Assembly: GCA_044226515.1 (NCBI GenBank)
Contig: JBGAGX010000011.1
Coordinates: 31,085 to 95,084, forward strand
Reading direction: 5' to 3'
DNA length: 64,000 nucleotides
Source: Flavobacteriales bacterium
GTDB taxonomy: Bacteria; Bacteroidota; Bacteroidia; Flavobacteriales_F; PHOS-HE28
Shown here: positions 1-10,563 of the stretch, in pieces
Numbering within the stretch: position 1 is the first letter of the stretch
Layout: each line of letters starts with the position of its first letter
The notes under the pieces: generated by a model
What the model saw: the letters and a program-made list of their open reading frames with translations, nothing else
Told to the model about the DNA's origin: nothing
Database searches by the model: none
Program-made: the position numbers and the translations under genes

Positions 1-1398
1 TACCTCGCGAGCGCGTGCAGCAGCACGCTCACCTTCACCGTAACGGAGGTGGGGCCCGGTTGCGGCAGCGTGGCCGGCACCCTGTTCCTCGACAGCGATG
101 CGGATTGCTCGTTGGATGCCGGTGAGCCCGGGATGCCCTACCGCACCATGCAAGTGGATCCTGGCGGGCAGCTGCTGATCACGAACACCGATGGCAGCTT
201 CGCGGGTGGTCTGCAGGACGGCGCGTACACCCTCACGCTGCTCGACCCGGACGTGACGCCCGCATGTCCCCAGGCTCAGCCCATCCCGTTCACCGTAAGC
301 GGCAATGTGAGCACCCTGGACATCGGTGCGGGCAGTACGAGCCCGCTTGACCTCAACCTCACTGCGGTGAACAACGCCGCCCGCCCAGGACGCGTGCACT
401 CCATATGGGCACAGCTGATCAACACGGGTTCGCAGACGTCCGGCACGATCGACCTGACCTGCACCCTCGACCCGGCGCTCACGTACCTGAGCGCGCTGCC
501 TGCCCCCAGCAACGTGAACGGTAACACGGTGACGTGGAGCCTTCCCGCCCTGGGTCCGTACGCCGGGCTCGATGTGCACGTGGTCACCCAGGTGAACGTT
601 GCTGCGCAGCTCGGGGACAACGTGGAGGTCGCGCTCACTGTGGTGAACAACGGGGCGGAGGCCAACACCACCAACAACAGCTTCACCGCCAGCCGCATCA
701 TCACGGGCAGTTACGACCCCAACGACAAGACGGCCTTCACCAGCACCCGCCAGAGCGCCGCCGATTATGTGCTCGGGCAGGATGAATGGATCGACTACGT
801 GATCCGGTTCCAGAACACCGGGACCGACACGGCCTTCACCGTGGTGGTGGTGGACACGCTGGATGCCGACCTGGACATGGCCACTTATGCGCAAGGCGCG
901 GCCAGCCATCCCTTCACCGTGAGCTTCAAGCCCGGTCGAGTGGTGGAGTGGCGCTTCGATGATATCCTCCTGCCCGACAGCACCACGAACGAACCGATGA
1001 GCCACGGGGCCGTCGGTTTCCGCATCCGGCCGGCACAGACGATCACCGCCGGAACCACCTTGTCCAATGCGGCGGACATCTACTTCGACTTCAATGCACC
1101 GGTACGCACCAACACCAGTGAACTGGTGGCGACGCTCAGCACGGTGGTTCAGGATCAGCATAGTGATCAGCTCCTTGTGTTCCCGAACCCTGCCCAGGAC
1201 CGGATCACCGTGAGCAGTTCCGGTCGCGGGCTGGATCAGCTCCGATTGTTCGCCAGCGACGGCCGTGTCGTTCGCTCACGCTCCTTGAGCGGAACACGGA
1301 CCGAGATCAGCCTGGAAGGGCTTTCCCCCGGCACCTATGTGGTGGTGGTGAACACCGATGATGGCAGGGTGCTGAAGGAACGGATGAGCATCCGGTAG
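1..1398 (+). CDS. T9SS cargo protein, 5'-truncated at window edge; DPNDK/FQNTGTDTAF conserved module + type-A Por C-terminal sorting domain
   Basis: No in-frame stop between position 1 and the GTG at 49, so the ORF continues upstream. C-terminus '...LVFPNPAQDRITVSS...GTYVVVVNTDDGRVLKERMSIR' is a typical T9SS CTD. Same architecture as paralogs 12946..15105 and 15102..17288. Confidence 0.7.
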   Translation, partial: YLASACSSTLTFTVTEVGPGCGSVAGTLFLDSDADCSLDAGEPGMPYRTMQVDPGGQLLITNTDGSFAGGLQDGAYTLTLLDPDVTPACPQAQPIPFTVSGNVSTLDIGAGSTSPLDLNLTAVNNAARPGRVHSIWAQLINTGSQTSGTIDLTCTLDPALTYLSALPAPSNVNGNTVTWSLPALGPYAGLDVHVVTQVNVAAQLGDNVEVALTVVNNGAEANTTNNSFTASRIITGSYDPNDKTAFTSTRQSAADYVLGQDEWIDYVIRFQNTGTDTAFTVVVVDTLDADLDMATYAQGAASHPFTVSFKPGRVVEWRFDDILLPDSTTNEPMSHGAVGFRIRPAQTITAGTTLSNAADIYFDFNAPVRTNTSELVATLSTVVQDQHSDQLLVFPNPAQDRITVSSSGRGLDQLRLFASDGRVVRSRSLSGTRTEISLEGLSPGTYVVVVNTDDGRVLKERMSIR

Positions 1399-1409
1399 AG
1401 ATCCCGCCC

Positions 1410-2897
1410 ATGACCGACCTGCTAAGATCACTGATCGCAACAGCCGCGTTGCTGTCGCAAGTGTCAGGAACGGCGCAACCCTGGAGCCTCGACCTGCCCA
1501 ATTCCCACGGCCCCGGTCCTTCAGCTCTGCCCTTGGCGAACGGCGACGTCCTGCTCTACAGCATTCGGGAGGAACACCTCTTGCGGGTGGATAACTCCGG
1601 TAATGTCGTGTGGGGCGCTGAACTCACAGGCCTGGGCGCTCCTGCCGCGGTGGCCGAACAACCCAATGAGGACCTGATCGCGGTGACATACCTCGATGAT
1701 CCGAACGGAAGCAACGTCGCTTTCCCGTCGATCGTGCGCCTTTCCGCGACAGGCCAGTTGCTCAGCGGCGTGCGGTACTTGGAGGATAGCACATGGATAG
1801 CCGACTGGCCCCAGGTGGTGAACGCGGACAACGGCGACTACTATGTTCTGTACACTGGACACAATACCCACCGCATCGCCTTCTTCAATGCCAACGACGC
1901 GATGGTGTGGACGTTCGACTTCCCGAATGCGGGGTTCGCCGTGCACGCCACCTGGGTCCCCGGTGATGGCCTGCATTGCTTCAACGGTTCCCTGCACTTC
2001 AGACTGAGCACCGCCGGGCAATTGGTGTGGGCCAACTTCATGCTGCCCGCCACGGGTGACTGGGGCGTTCAGAGCGCCTATTGGGACGGCACGCACTTGG
2101 TCGCAGGCATCCTCCACATCCTTTCACCGGGCAGAGCGATCCCAGGTGTCGCACACTTGGACCTGCTCGGTAACGTGCTCGATGCGATCACCTTCGGTGG
2201 ACAGGACAGCACGACACAGGAAGAGATGACCATCGCGCCCACGACCATAGGGCACATGTTGGTCACTGTAGACGCCTCAGGGCACCTCAACCTCTTCACC
2301 TGCGATGCACAATTGGGAAATGTCATGGCGTACGAAGCGCCGGTGGTGCCTTCGTGGCTGGGGGGCGCCGTCGGCACAGCGCAGCTTGGCATGGCGTGGA
2401 TGGCCACGGAAGGGAACTTCTTCAGCGGCATGCGCAGCGCCCACCACATCGGTGCGGACGGCAATCCGGGTGGTTGCATGGGCTCCATCAACATCGTTCT
2501 GGGCACCTTGCCTGTGGTAGCCCTTTTCCCCAATCCGATGCCCGTCACCATCAGCATCCCTGTGCTCAACCCTTCCGGGGTGGCGGCCACTTCGGGTCCT
2601 TATTCGCCACTGATCACACCGATCTGCTTCACCACGGACGTGAACGAACAGCAAGGGCTCATGCTGAACGTGTTCCCCAATCCGGCCCGGGACCGGATAC
2701 TGATCACACTTCCCGAAGGACCGGACGCCATGGCGATCAACCTTGTGGATGCGCGTGGCGGGATCGTGCGGCAATGGGGCCGCACACCAGCCGGTGTACG
2801 CACGCTTCAATTGGGAACCTTGGAGGCCGGCGTGTACATGCTCCGTATCACCACGGCCGATCGCGCCCCGCTGTGCACGCGCGTGGTGATCGAATAG
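1410..2897 (+). CDS. secreted hypothetical protein with T9SS type-A C-terminal sorting domain
   Basis: ATG at 1410. N-terminal signal-like 'LIATAALLSQVSGTAQP'. C-terminus 'NVFPNPARDRILITL...GVYMLRITTADRAPLCTRVVIE'. High GC3 codon bias. Confidence 0.7.
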   Translation: MTDLLRSLIATAALLSQVSGTAQPWSLDLPNSHGPGPSALPLANGDVLLYSIREEHLLRVDNSGNVVWGAELTGLGAPAAVAEQPNEDLIAVTYLDDPNGSNVAFPSIVRLSATGQLLSGVRYLEDSTWIADWPQVVNADNGDYYVLYTGHNTHRIAFFNANDAMVWTFDFPNAGFAVHATWVPGDGLHCFNGSLHFRLSTAGQLVWANFMLPATGDWGVQSAYWDGTHLVAGILHILSPGRAIPGVAHLDLLGNVLDAITFGGQDSTTQEEMTIAPTTIGHMLVTVDASGHLNLFTCDAQLGNVMAYEAPVVPSWLGGAVGTAQLGMAWMATEGNFFSGMRSAHHIGADGNPGGCMGSINIVLGTLPVVALFPNPMPVTISIPVLNPSGVAATSGPYSPLITPICFTTDVNEQQGLMLNVFPNPARDRILITLPEGPDAMAINLVDARGGIVRQWGRTPAGVRTLQLGTLEAGVYMLRITTADRAPLCTRVVIE

Positions 2898-2918
2898 GCT
2901 CCGATGCTCCGCCGCGTG

Positions 2919-2990
2919 ATCAGCTCAACCCGCTGATCACGCCGTTGGCATCCATCGCCTGTTCGGCAGCGACGATCATCATGGCAGGTC
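2919..2990 (-). pseudogene. decayed duplicate of the 3' end of fhs (relic fragment)
   Basis: A 31 bp perfect match, 'cagctcaacccgctgatcacgccgttggc', with the fhs stop region at 4751..4781. Minus-strand translation reads '...[16 protein letters not shown]' versus the true fhs end '...[17 protein letters not shown]'. Confidence 0.5.
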
Positions 2991-3021
2991 CGCCCCCGGG
3001 CGACATGGTGCGTTGAAGATC

Positions 3022-4599
3022 TCAACGCAGCACCATCAGCCGCGCCGACCGCACACCTTCACCGTTGGTGGCCCGCATGAAGTAAAGTCCGTCCGCCACG
3101 GCAGGTAGTTCCATCACCTGTGGGAAGGGGCTTGCCCAGCGTGCGACCATGGCGCCCTGTGCATCCAACAGGAGCAGCTCCTGCATACCCGCGAGGCCTT
3201 CCACCTGCACACGATCGACCGCCGGATCGGGGAACACCCGGAGCGTGCCGCCAACAGGCGGTATCGCCTGCACTCCAGTGCTGATCGCACAGGGGTCCGA
3301 CACGGACCAGGTGATGGTATCGGGCACGATCTGCGCGGTGATGTCGACCACCGTAGGACTGAGCGGGATGCGCACGAACGTGGAGTCGAGCACGGGAACG
3401 ATGCTGTCGGTGAGGACCGGCACCGTGGTGCTGCCGCAGGGAAAGGCGTTCGCGGGGTCCCAGCGGGCGATCAACGGAGCGGCACGGCCGATGGCCGGAG
3501 CGACCCGTGCACCACGCAGCAACAGGTCACCATTGGCCAAGGCCAGGGCCCTGACCCCGGTCACCAGCCCGCTGTCCGGGACCAAGCGCGCGGAAGGCTC
3601 CGGTGTGCCTGTGCTGTCCAGCGTGAACAGGACGGTCCCGTCCAATGCGCCAACAAGCGCGCACGCGACCATGGTGCCGTCCGGAAGCCGGTCCAAAGAG
3701 CTTATCCCGTACGGGCTGCTGCTCTGCTGATCGGCCCAGATGCGGCTGTTGGGCCCGAAGGTGCCGTCCGCATCCATGCGGAGCAGCACAGGCGCACCGG
3801 AGAGCACGCCTTGCTGCATCAACTGCTCAGCGAGCACGAGCCATCCGCCATCGGTCCGTTGGAGCGCCTGCACCGGCACGAGCTGGCGCGCAGCGAGGGA
3901 ACGCCCCCATTCCATGGCACCGGTGCTGTCCAGCTTCACCACCTGCATGCCCGAGGAATCCACGCCGGCGAAATGGCTGCCGAACAACAGGATCCCGCCA
4001 TCGGCGGTGGGCTTCGCGAACCGCATGGCGCCCTCCATGCCCGGGATCCGGTCGCTCCATGCATCCACAAGCACACCGTTCGCGTCCGTGCGTACGACAT
4101 AGGGCAGCTGCTCGCCGCCTGTCCTGCACCAACCGAGCACCATCAACGAGCCATCCGGCCGCACGAGCACATCCGAGAACCGCTCCCCGAAGTTCGACAC
4201 GGACATGTGCGTGACGGCCACCAGGCCGGCGTTCGCGTCCACGCGGATGAGCACACCCTGTGAATCGAAATGACCGAACAGCGCAACACCATCGTTCGGC
4301 AGCACCGTTGCACCGGACAGCTGCAACCAACCACCGGGGTTCGGGAAGCGAAGGTCATTGGCCAGGAGCAACTGCCCGGTGGCATCGAGCTTGCGGATGT
4401 GGAGGCGCGAGGTCCAGGGCGATGTGCGGATGTCCTGGCTGGTCCAGGCCGCCCACACCTCCCCGTTGGGGAGGACACCCACCACTGGCGACTCACCGGT
4501 AACGGTATCGTTGGGCACATGGTGCTGCACGAAGTCCTGCCCGTGAGCTGCGTGCAGGCTGATGAGGACAAGCGCGGTGATGAGGATCCGAAGAACCAT
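3022..4599 (-). CDS. secreted beta-propeller-like hypothetical protein with T9SS type-A C-terminal sorting domain
   Basis: ORF trimmed to ATG at 4599 ('MVLRILITALVLISLHAAHGQ' signal peptide). C-terminus 'RVFPDPAVDRVQVEG...GLYFMRATNGEGVRSARLMVLR'. Confidence 0.7.
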   Translation of the reverse strand: MVLRILITALVLISLHAAHGQDFVQHHVPNDTVTGESPVVGVLPNGEVWAAWTSQDIRTSPWTSRLHIRKLDATGQLLLANDLRFPNPGGWLQLSGATVLPNDGVALFGHFDSQGVLIRVDANAGLVAVTHMSVSNFGERFSDVLVRPDGSLMVLGWCRTGGEQLPYVVRTDANGVLVDAWSDRIPGMEGAMRFAKPTADGGILLFGSHFAGVDSSGMQVVKLDSTGAMEWGRSLAARQLVPVQALQRTDGGWLVLAEQLMQQGVLSGAPVLLRMDADGTFGPNSRIWADQQSSSPYGISSLDRLPDGTMVACALVGALDGTVLFTLDSTGTPEPSARLVPDSGLVTGVRALALANGDLLLRGARVAPAIGRAAPLIARWDPANAFPCGSTTVPVLTDSIVPVLDSTFVRIPLSPTVVDITAQIVPDTITWSVSDPCAISTGVQAIPPVGGTLRVFPDPAVDRVQVEGLAGMQELLLLDAQGAMVARWASPFPQVMELPAVADGLYFMRATNGEGVRSARLMVLR

Positions 4600-4749
4600 G
4601 ACCCAATGTATCGCTCCACTAAAGACGGCGATGCGGCATGAAGTTGCTTGGCGCAGGTGCCCGCCGTTCGCATGCCCATGGCACCGTGTGGAAGCCAGGC
4701 CCACGCGGAGGGCGATCCGCCTGCCCCGGCAGGATGTGTGCGCGACCCT

Positions 4750-6426
4750 TCAGCTCAACCCGCTGATCACGCCGTTGGCGTCGATGTCCATGTGCTCGGC
4801 GGCGGGCACTTCGGGCAGGCCGGGCATGCGCATGATCTCGCCGCAGATGGGCACCACGAATCCGGCCCCGGCGCTGATCTCGATGTCGCGCACGGTGATG
4901 CGGAAGCCGGTGGGCGCGGCCCGCAGCTCCTTGTTGTCGCTGAAGCTGTACTGCGTCTTGGCCATGCAGATGGGCACGTTGTTGAGCCCGAGCTTGTCGA
5001 TGCGGCGCAGCGCGGTCTCGGCATCGCCGCTGTAGTCCACACCGTCGGCGCGGTAGATCTCGCGGGCGATGGTCTCGATCTTCTGCTTGATGGAGAGGTT
5101 GAGGTCGTAGAGCGGCTTGAAGTCGCTCTTCCCTTCCTCGATCACGCGGAGCACGGCGCTGGCCAGATCGGTCATGCCGTCGCCACCCTTGGCGAAGCCC
5201 TGCGCAAGCACCGCTTCGGCCCCGCGTTCCTTGCAGTACGCCTTGATCATGTCGATCTCCTCGGGCGTGTCCGTGGGGAAGTGGTTGATGGCCACCACGG
5301 CCTTCACGCCGAACTTGGACACGTTCTCGATGTGGCGGCCCAGGTTGGCGAGACCGGCCTTGAGCTTCTCGGGTGCGGCGGTGTTCACCTCCTTCACGTC
5401 CACGCCGCCGTGGTAGCGCAGCGCGCGCACCGTGGCCACGATCACGGCAGCGCTGGGCTTCAGGCCCGCCGCGCGGCACTTGATGTCGAAGAACTTCTCG
5501 GCGCCCAGGTCGGCACCGAAGCCCGCCTCGGTCACCACGTAGTCGCCGAGGCTGAGGCCCATCTTGGTGGCGAGCACGCTGTTCACGCCCTGTGCGATGT
5601 TGGCGAAGGGACCACCGTGCAGGATGGCAGGATTGCCTTCCAGCGTCTGCACCAGGTTCGGCTTGATGGCGTCCTTCAGCAGGATGGCCATGGCGGCCTC
5701 GGCCTTCAGGTCGCGGGCATACACGGGCGTGCGGTCCCAGCGCTGGCCCACGTAGATGTCGCCGAGGCGCTTCTTCAGGTCCTCGAAGCTGGTGGCGAGG
5801 CACAGGATGGCCATCACTTCGCTGGCGGGGGTGATGTTGAAACCGTCCTGCCGGGGCACGCCGTTGCCGGTGCCGCCCAGGCCGATGGTGATGTCGCGCA
5901 GCGCGCGGTCGTTCATGTCCATCACGCGCTTCCAGGCGATGGTGCGCGGATCGATGTTGAGCGAGCGCTTGCGGTTCTGCAGGTTGTTGTCGATGAGCGC
6001 GGCGAGCAGGTTGTTGGCCTTCTCGATGGCCGCGAAATCCCCGGTGAAGTGCAGGTTGATGTCCTCCATGGGCACCACCTGCGCGTAGCCGCCGCCGGCC
6101 GCACCGCCCTTCATGCCGAACACCGGACCCAGGCTCGGTTCACGCAGCACCACGATGCTCTTCTTGCCGAGCTTGTTCAAGCCTTCGTTCAGCCCGATGC
6201 TGGTGGTGGTCTTGCCTTCACCGGCGGGCGTGGGCGAGAGCGCGGTCACCAGGATCAGCTTGCTCTGGACGAGCTTCTTCTCGTCGATGAGCGAGAGCGG
6301 CAGCTTGGCCTTGGTGCGGCCGTAGGGTTCGATCACCTCCGGATCGATGCCCAGCTTCTGGGCGATGGCGGCGATGGGCTTCAGCTGCGCTTTCTGCGCG
6401 ATCTCGAGGTCGGAGGGGAATGCCAT
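4750..6426 (-). CDS. fhs: formate--tetrahydrofolate ligase
   Basis: Diagnostic FTHFS sequence: '[21 protein letters not shown]', '...[20 protein letters not shown]...'. Start taken at the internal ATG at 6426 ('[11 protein letters not shown]'); an upstream ATG at 6450 is also possible. Confidence 0.9.
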   Translation of the reverse strand: MAFPSDLEIAQKAQLKPIAAIAQKLGIDPEVIEPYGRTKAKLPLSLIDEKKLVQSKLILVTALSPTPAGEGKTTTSIGLNEGLNKLGKKSIVVLREPSLGPVFGMKGGAAGGGYAQVVPMEDINLHFTGDFAAIEKANNLLAALIDNNLQNRKRSLNIDPRTIAWKRVMDMNDRALRDITIGLGGTGNGVPRQDGFNITPASEVMAILCLATSFEDLKKRLGDIYVGQRWDRTPVYARDLKAEAAMAILLKDAIKPNLVQTLEGNPAILHGGPFANIAQGVNSVLATKMGLSLGDYVVTEAGFGADLGAEKFFDIKCRAAGLKPSAAVIVATVRALRYHGGVDVKEVNTAAPEKLKAGLANLGRHIENVSKFGVKAVVAINHFPTDTPEEIDMIKAYCKERGAEAVLAQGFAKGGDGMTDLASAVLRVIEEGKSDFKPLYDLNLSIKQKIETIAREIYRADGVDYSGDAETALRRIDKLGLNNVPICMAKTQYSFSDNKELRAAPTGFRITVRDIEISAGAGFVVPICGEIMRMPGLPEVPAAEHMDIDANGVISGLS

Positions 6427-6518
6427 GGGCGATGCAGGATGTTGTGGCACGCGTTCGCACGGTCGATCGGCCGTGCCCGTAAGCGGGCCGCCGCAATGTA
6501 ATCGGCCTCATTGAACCG

Positions 6519-9290
6519 TTAGCGCACCACCACGCGCTGGGCCTTGGTCGCCCCGGAGCCGGTCCGGAATCGCACGAGGTAGGTCCCGGCGGCGACACGT
6601 CCCCCGCCGTTCCCCCGCAGGTCCCAGGTCCAGCGCTGGTTGCCGGCCGTGCGACCACCAAGGTCACGCGCCAGCACCTGCCGACCGTTGATGTCGCACA
6701 CGGCCACCTCCAGCCGCTCCGCCTGCTGCAGGTAGACGAGCAGGTCCACCTGGTCGGTGGCGGGGTTGGGCCAGGGATGCGCGAGCGCGAGCGGTCCTGC
6801 AGGTTCGGCGATGCCCACCGGTGCCGCGGGCAGGCTGGCGCTGTACACCCCGTTGCCGTGCGTGCCCACCACGATGGTGCCGTCACTGCCACGGGCGGCC
6901 ATCATGTCCACCGGGATGTTGCCGATGCTGTTCGCCCCCTCCTGCTCCCACACGGTGGCCACGCTGTCCATCACGCTGGTGCTGTACAGGCCGGTGCTGG
7001 TGCCCACGAAGTAGCGGTTGCTCTGCCCGCCCCAGGTGGGGTAGATGAGGGCCCAGAACACCGCGGGGCCGCTGCCCGAACCATCGATGTTCTCCTCGAG
7101 GTTGGCGCTCACATCGGTCCAGGTGTCGCCGCGGTCGGTGGTGTGGAACACGCTGCGCACGCCGTAGTTGCTCACCGTGATGAGCCACTCGTTGGGGTCG
7201 TAGTCGTTGGCGGCCACGGAGCTCACGTAGCCCGCGCCCAGCACGGCGCTGCCCAGGAGCTGCACCTTCTGCGGGTTGGTGTCCAGGCTGTCGCAGCGGT
7301 ACAGCCTGCCGTTGATGGTGCCGTACAGCATGAACGAGGGGTCGGCCGCACTGATGTCGAGGGCGCTGATGCGGCTCGCGCTGGGCAGGGTGGCACCATC
7401 GATGAGCTCCCAGTTCGTATCGATCTTGTTGTAGAAGTTGTTGGTGATGGGGATGCCGGCGAGGTCGTTGTTCCGCCAGATCTTGGCCGCGCTCACCCAG
7501 TACAGCCGGTTGTTGTTGCCCGGGTCGAGGATGAAAGGATTGATGAAGAGGTAGCTGTTCGTGCCCAGCGTGGGATCGATGCGCTCATAGCCCGTGACGT
7601 TCCCGCCCGCGTCGATCGTCTTCTTGTACAGGCGCCCGCTCTGGCTGCAGCTGAGCTGGAAGGGCTGGCCCTGCGGCAGCGCCACATAGGCCCCGTCATC
7701 CTGGTGCACGTACTTCCAATCGCTCAGGGGCTGGTCGTTCATGGCGTACCAGCAGCCGTTGTCCTGGCAGCCGCCGATGATGTTGGGACTGGTGGTGTTG
7801 CCCTCCTCGATGGCGATGGTGTAGAACTGCGTGGTGACGTACCCGTGGTTGAGGTCCTCCCACTGCACGCTGTCGGCGAGGGCGTCCACGGTGCGTTGCA
7901 CGCCCCCGTCGTTGGTGCTGAAGAGGATGTTGGGGTCGCTCGGATGGAACTGCACCCAATGCTGGTCGGGGTGGTGTTGCGGATACACGTAGCTCTTGGG
8001 GTCGGCGGTGTTGCAGCGGTAGCCGCCGATCCAGGTGGTGCTGTCGCTGGTGGTGAAGCCGGTGGTGCTGCGGTAGAGCGAGGTGCCGCCCACGTACACC
8101 ACGTTCGGCTGCGTGGGATGCACGGCCAGGCACATGTCGTATCCGTCCTGCGAGTTGATGTAACCGAAGTTGAAGGTGAAGTAACCGGTGCAGGAGCCGT
8201 TCGGCAGGTTGCCGCTCAGGTTGGTCCATTGCCCGCCGGCGCCCGTGCCATCGCCACTGAGGTAGGTGTAGCGCCACAGGCTGTGGCCCTGCGTGCCCTG
8301 GCCGGGGGTGACGCCGAAGAAGTAGACGACGTTCTCGTTGCTCGGATCAATGGCGGGCACGATGCGTGTGGCACCCGAGGGGAAGAAGCCGATGCCGATG
8401 TTCGTCCAGGCGAGCCCGTCGGTGCTGCGCCAGATGCCTTTCTGCGGACCGGGACTGCTGCCGGCCGCGTACCACACGCCCGTGGTGGTGACACGCAGGT
8501 CGGTGTACTCCTGCACGTTGCTCAGCGTGGTGTCGAGGCCGAGCACGGGCTTCCACGTGGCCCCGCCATCGTTGCTGCGGAAGATGCCGTTGTACACGGC
8601 CGCGAGCACGATGTCGCTGTCGTTGCGGGTGGGGTCCACGTCGATGTGGTTCACCTGCTTGAAGCTGAAGTTGCGGTTGAACACCTGCGGATCGAAGGCC
8701 TCGGTGCTGGGCAGCAGCGTCCAGCTCTGGCCGTTGTCGGTGCTGGTGTAGATGCCGCTTCCGCTGAGCAGGGCGCTGAAGCTGGCGCCGCTCATGATGC
8801 CGTAGTTCTCACCGGTGCCGGCGTACCACGTGTCCTCGTGCCCGGAGCGCGGGTCCTGCGCGATGCAGCTGATGGCCTGCAGCACGGGGGGCGCAAGGGT
8901 CTTGGTCCAGCTCTGCCCGCCGTTGGTGCTGCGCCAGATGCCGCCGCTCACGCTGCCGGCGAGCAGGATGTCGCCGTTGCGCCGGTCGACGCCGAAGCCG
9001 CGGGTGCGGCCACCGCGGTTGTTCGGACCGCGATGCGTCCAGGTGAGGCTCTTCACCGGGTCGCGCTTCGGAAGGGTCTTCGCGAACCGCAGCTCCAGCG
9101 CGCGGATGTCCTCGGGGATGGTGCCGGTGGCCGGATCGCGCATGCGCTCGAAGCGCCACTGCAGGGCCTCGCCCGCCTCCTCCGCGACCTCGGTATCGGG
9201 CTCCACGGCGTCGGCCGGTGCATCGGGACGTGCACAAGCGAGGAGCAGGAGCGGAAGCGTGGCGAGGGAAAGGGCGTGGTGCGTGCGCAT
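6519..9290 (-). CDS. BNR/Asp-box repeat (sortilin/VPS10- or GH74-like) secreted protein with T9SS type-A CTD
   Basis: Signal 'MRTHHALSLATLPLLLLACA'. Multiple S-x-D/N-G-G-x-(S/T)-W Asp-box motifs ('STNGGQSW', 'STDNGQSW', 'SNDGGATW', 'TTDRGDTW'). C-terminus 'WPNPATDQVDLL...GTYLVRFRTGSGATKAQRVVVR'. Confidence 0.65.
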   Translation of the reverse strand: MRTHHALSLATLPLLLLACARPDAPADAVEPDTEVAEEAGEALQWRFERMRDPATGTIPEDIRALELRFAKTLPKRDPVKSLTWTHRGPNNRGGRTRGFGVDRRNGDILLAGSVSGGIWRSTNGGQSWTKTLAPPVLQAISCIAQDPRSGHEDTWYAGTGENYGIMSGASFSALLSGSGIYTSTDNGQSWTLLPSTEAFDPQVFNRNFSFKQVNHIDVDPTRNDSDIVLAAVYNGIFRSNDGGATWKPVLGLDTTLSNVQEYTDLRVTTTGVWYAAGSSPGPQKGIWRSTDGLAWTNIGIGFFPSGATRIVPAIDPSNENVVYFFGVTPGQGTQGHSLWRYTYLSGDGTGAGGQWTNLSGNLPNGSCTGYFTFNFGYINSQDGYDMCLAVHPTQPNVVYVGGTSLYRSTTGFTTSDSTTWIGGYRCNTADPKSYVYPQHHPDQHWVQFHPSDPNILFSTNDGGVQRTVDALADSVQWEDLNHGYVTTQFYTIAIEEGNTTSPNIIGGCQDNGCWYAMNDQPLSDWKYVHQDDGAYVALPQGQPFQLSCSQSGRLYKKTIDAGGNVTGYERIDPTLGTNSYLFINPFILDPGNNNRLYWVSAAKIWRNNDLAGIPITNNFYNKIDTNWELIDGATLPSASRISALDISAADPSFMLYGTINGRLYRCDSLDTNPQKVQLLGSAVLGAGYVSSVAANDYDPNEWLITVSNYGVRSVFHTTDRGDTWTDVSANLEENIDGSGSGPAVFWALIYPTWGGQSNRYFVGTSTGLYSTSVMDSVATVWEQEGANSIGNIPVDMMAARGSDGTIVVGTHGNGVYSASLPAAPVGIAEPAGPLALAHPWPNPATDQVDLLVYLQQAERLEVAVCDINGRQVLARDLGGRTAGNQRWTWDLRGNGGGRVAAGTYLVRFRTGSGATKAQRVVVR

Positions 9291-9327
9291 GGGAGGGTGT
9301 TCACGCCGAAGGTAACAGCGGCGCCGC

Positions 9328-10563
9328 TCACGCGCGCTCCACGCCGAAGCCCGCCGCCCGCAGGTCGTCCCAGTACCTCGGATAGCTCTTGGTCACCACG
9401 TCGGGATCAAGGATGGTGATGCTGCCGGTGATGAGGGCCAGGGGGGCGAGGGCCATGGCCATGCGGTGGTCGCCATGAACACTGAAGTCCCCATTGATGA
9501 GCAACCGACCCCGCGCAGGAGGCTCGATCATCAACCAGGGTCCGTTCCGACCGATCCCGCATCCCATGCGCTCGAGGGCATCCTGGACAGCGGTCAGGCG
9601 ATCGGTCTCCTTGTGTCGAAGGGTCCCCAAGCCCTTGAATGATGCGCGCACCCCCAGCCCGGCGCGTGCAAAGGCGAGAGGTTGGAACAGGTCCGGCGTG
9701 GCCGTGACATCCGCAGAGGCGGACAAGATGGGATCCTCCGCGCGTTGGGAAGGTGACACGGACGTGATCCATATGCCAGCATGTGCGTCACGGGTCCGCA
9801 CCCATTCCTCCATGTGGATCCAGACGCGCTCATCTCCTTGGAAGCCATCGCCCCGCAGCCCCACCAGCTCCACCTCCGCATCCTCCGCCAGCGCCACGAT
9901 CTCGTACCAAAAGGCCGCCGCGCTCCAATCGCAGGGCACATCGAAGGGCCGCGCGGTATAACGTCCGGGCTTCACCGCGATCAGCGTCTCCCCCACCTCC
10001 ACTTCCGCCCCGAAGTGCCGCATCACCTGCGCGGTCATCTCCACGTACGGCCGTGAGAGCTGCGTGCCGCGCCATTCGATCCGCAGGCCCTCCTCCATCC
10101 GCGGCGCTACGAGCATGAGCGCGCTGAGGTACTGGCTGCTGATGGGCGAATCGAAGGTGATCGTCCCTCCTTGAAGACGAGCGCCCTTCACACGGTAGCC
10201 TTCATCCGCACGTTCGACCGAGGCGCCGAGCTTCCGCAAGGCTTCGATGAGGTCATCGTGCGGGCGCTCCAGCAGCTTCGCATCGCCGGCGACCACGTGG
10301 GTGCTCCCTTCCTGCACCGCGGCCCAGGCCAGCAAGAACCGGAAGGTGGTGCCGCCGAGGCCGCAGTGCATCACGCGGGGCCGATCGCGCAGCAGCTGGT
10401 GAAGGATCCGCGTGTCGTCCGCCTCGGACAGGTGGTCGATGCCGGAGAGGTCGCCGGCCAGGGCCGCCGCGACCAGCGCGCGGTTGCTCACGCTCTTGCT
10501 GCGCGGCAGCTCGATGCGGGCGCGGATGGGCGCCGAAGGTCTACGGATGGTGACGCTGGGCAT
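9328..10563 (-). CDS. aroA: 3-phosphoshikimate 1-carboxyvinyltransferase (EPSP synthase)
   Basis: 'IELPRSKSVSNRALVAAALAG...' and overall EPSP synthase pattern. Start trimmed to ATG at 10563 ('MPSVTIRRP'). Overlaps the aroB stop. Confidence 0.85.
   Translation of the reverse strand: MPSVTIRRPSAPIRARIELPRSKSVSNRALVAAALAGDLSGIDHLSEADDTRILHQLLRDRPRVMHCGLGGTTFRFLLAWAAVQEGSTHVVAGDAKLLERPHDDLIEALRKLGASVERADEGYRVKGARLQGGTITFDSPISSQYLSALMLVAPRMEEGLRIEWRGTQLSRPYVEMTAQVMRHFGAEVEVGETLIAVKPGRYTARPFDVPCDWSAAAFWYEIVALAEDAEVELVGLRGDGFQGDERVWIHMEEWVRTRDAHAGIWITSVSPSQRAEDPILSASADVTATPDLFQPLAFARAGLGVRASFKGLGTLRHKETDRLTAVQDALERMGCGIGRNGPWLMIEPPARGRLLINGDFSVHGDHRMAMALAPLALITGSITILDPDVVTKSYPRYWDDLRAAGFGVERA

Noticed and set aside
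4648-6501. 617-aa plus-strand ORF (and the 4619..5803 minus ORF) overlapping fhs
   Set aside because: Antisense/off-frame to a confidently identified fhs gene. Arg/Ala/Gly-rich low-complexity translation typical of spurious ORFs in about 70 % GC DNA.
6777-9419. 880-aa plus-strand ORF opposite the BNR-repeat cargo gene
   Set aside because: Antisense to a gene with a clear signal peptide, Asp-box repeats and a T9SS CTD. Translation is RG/AV-rich with no domain signal.
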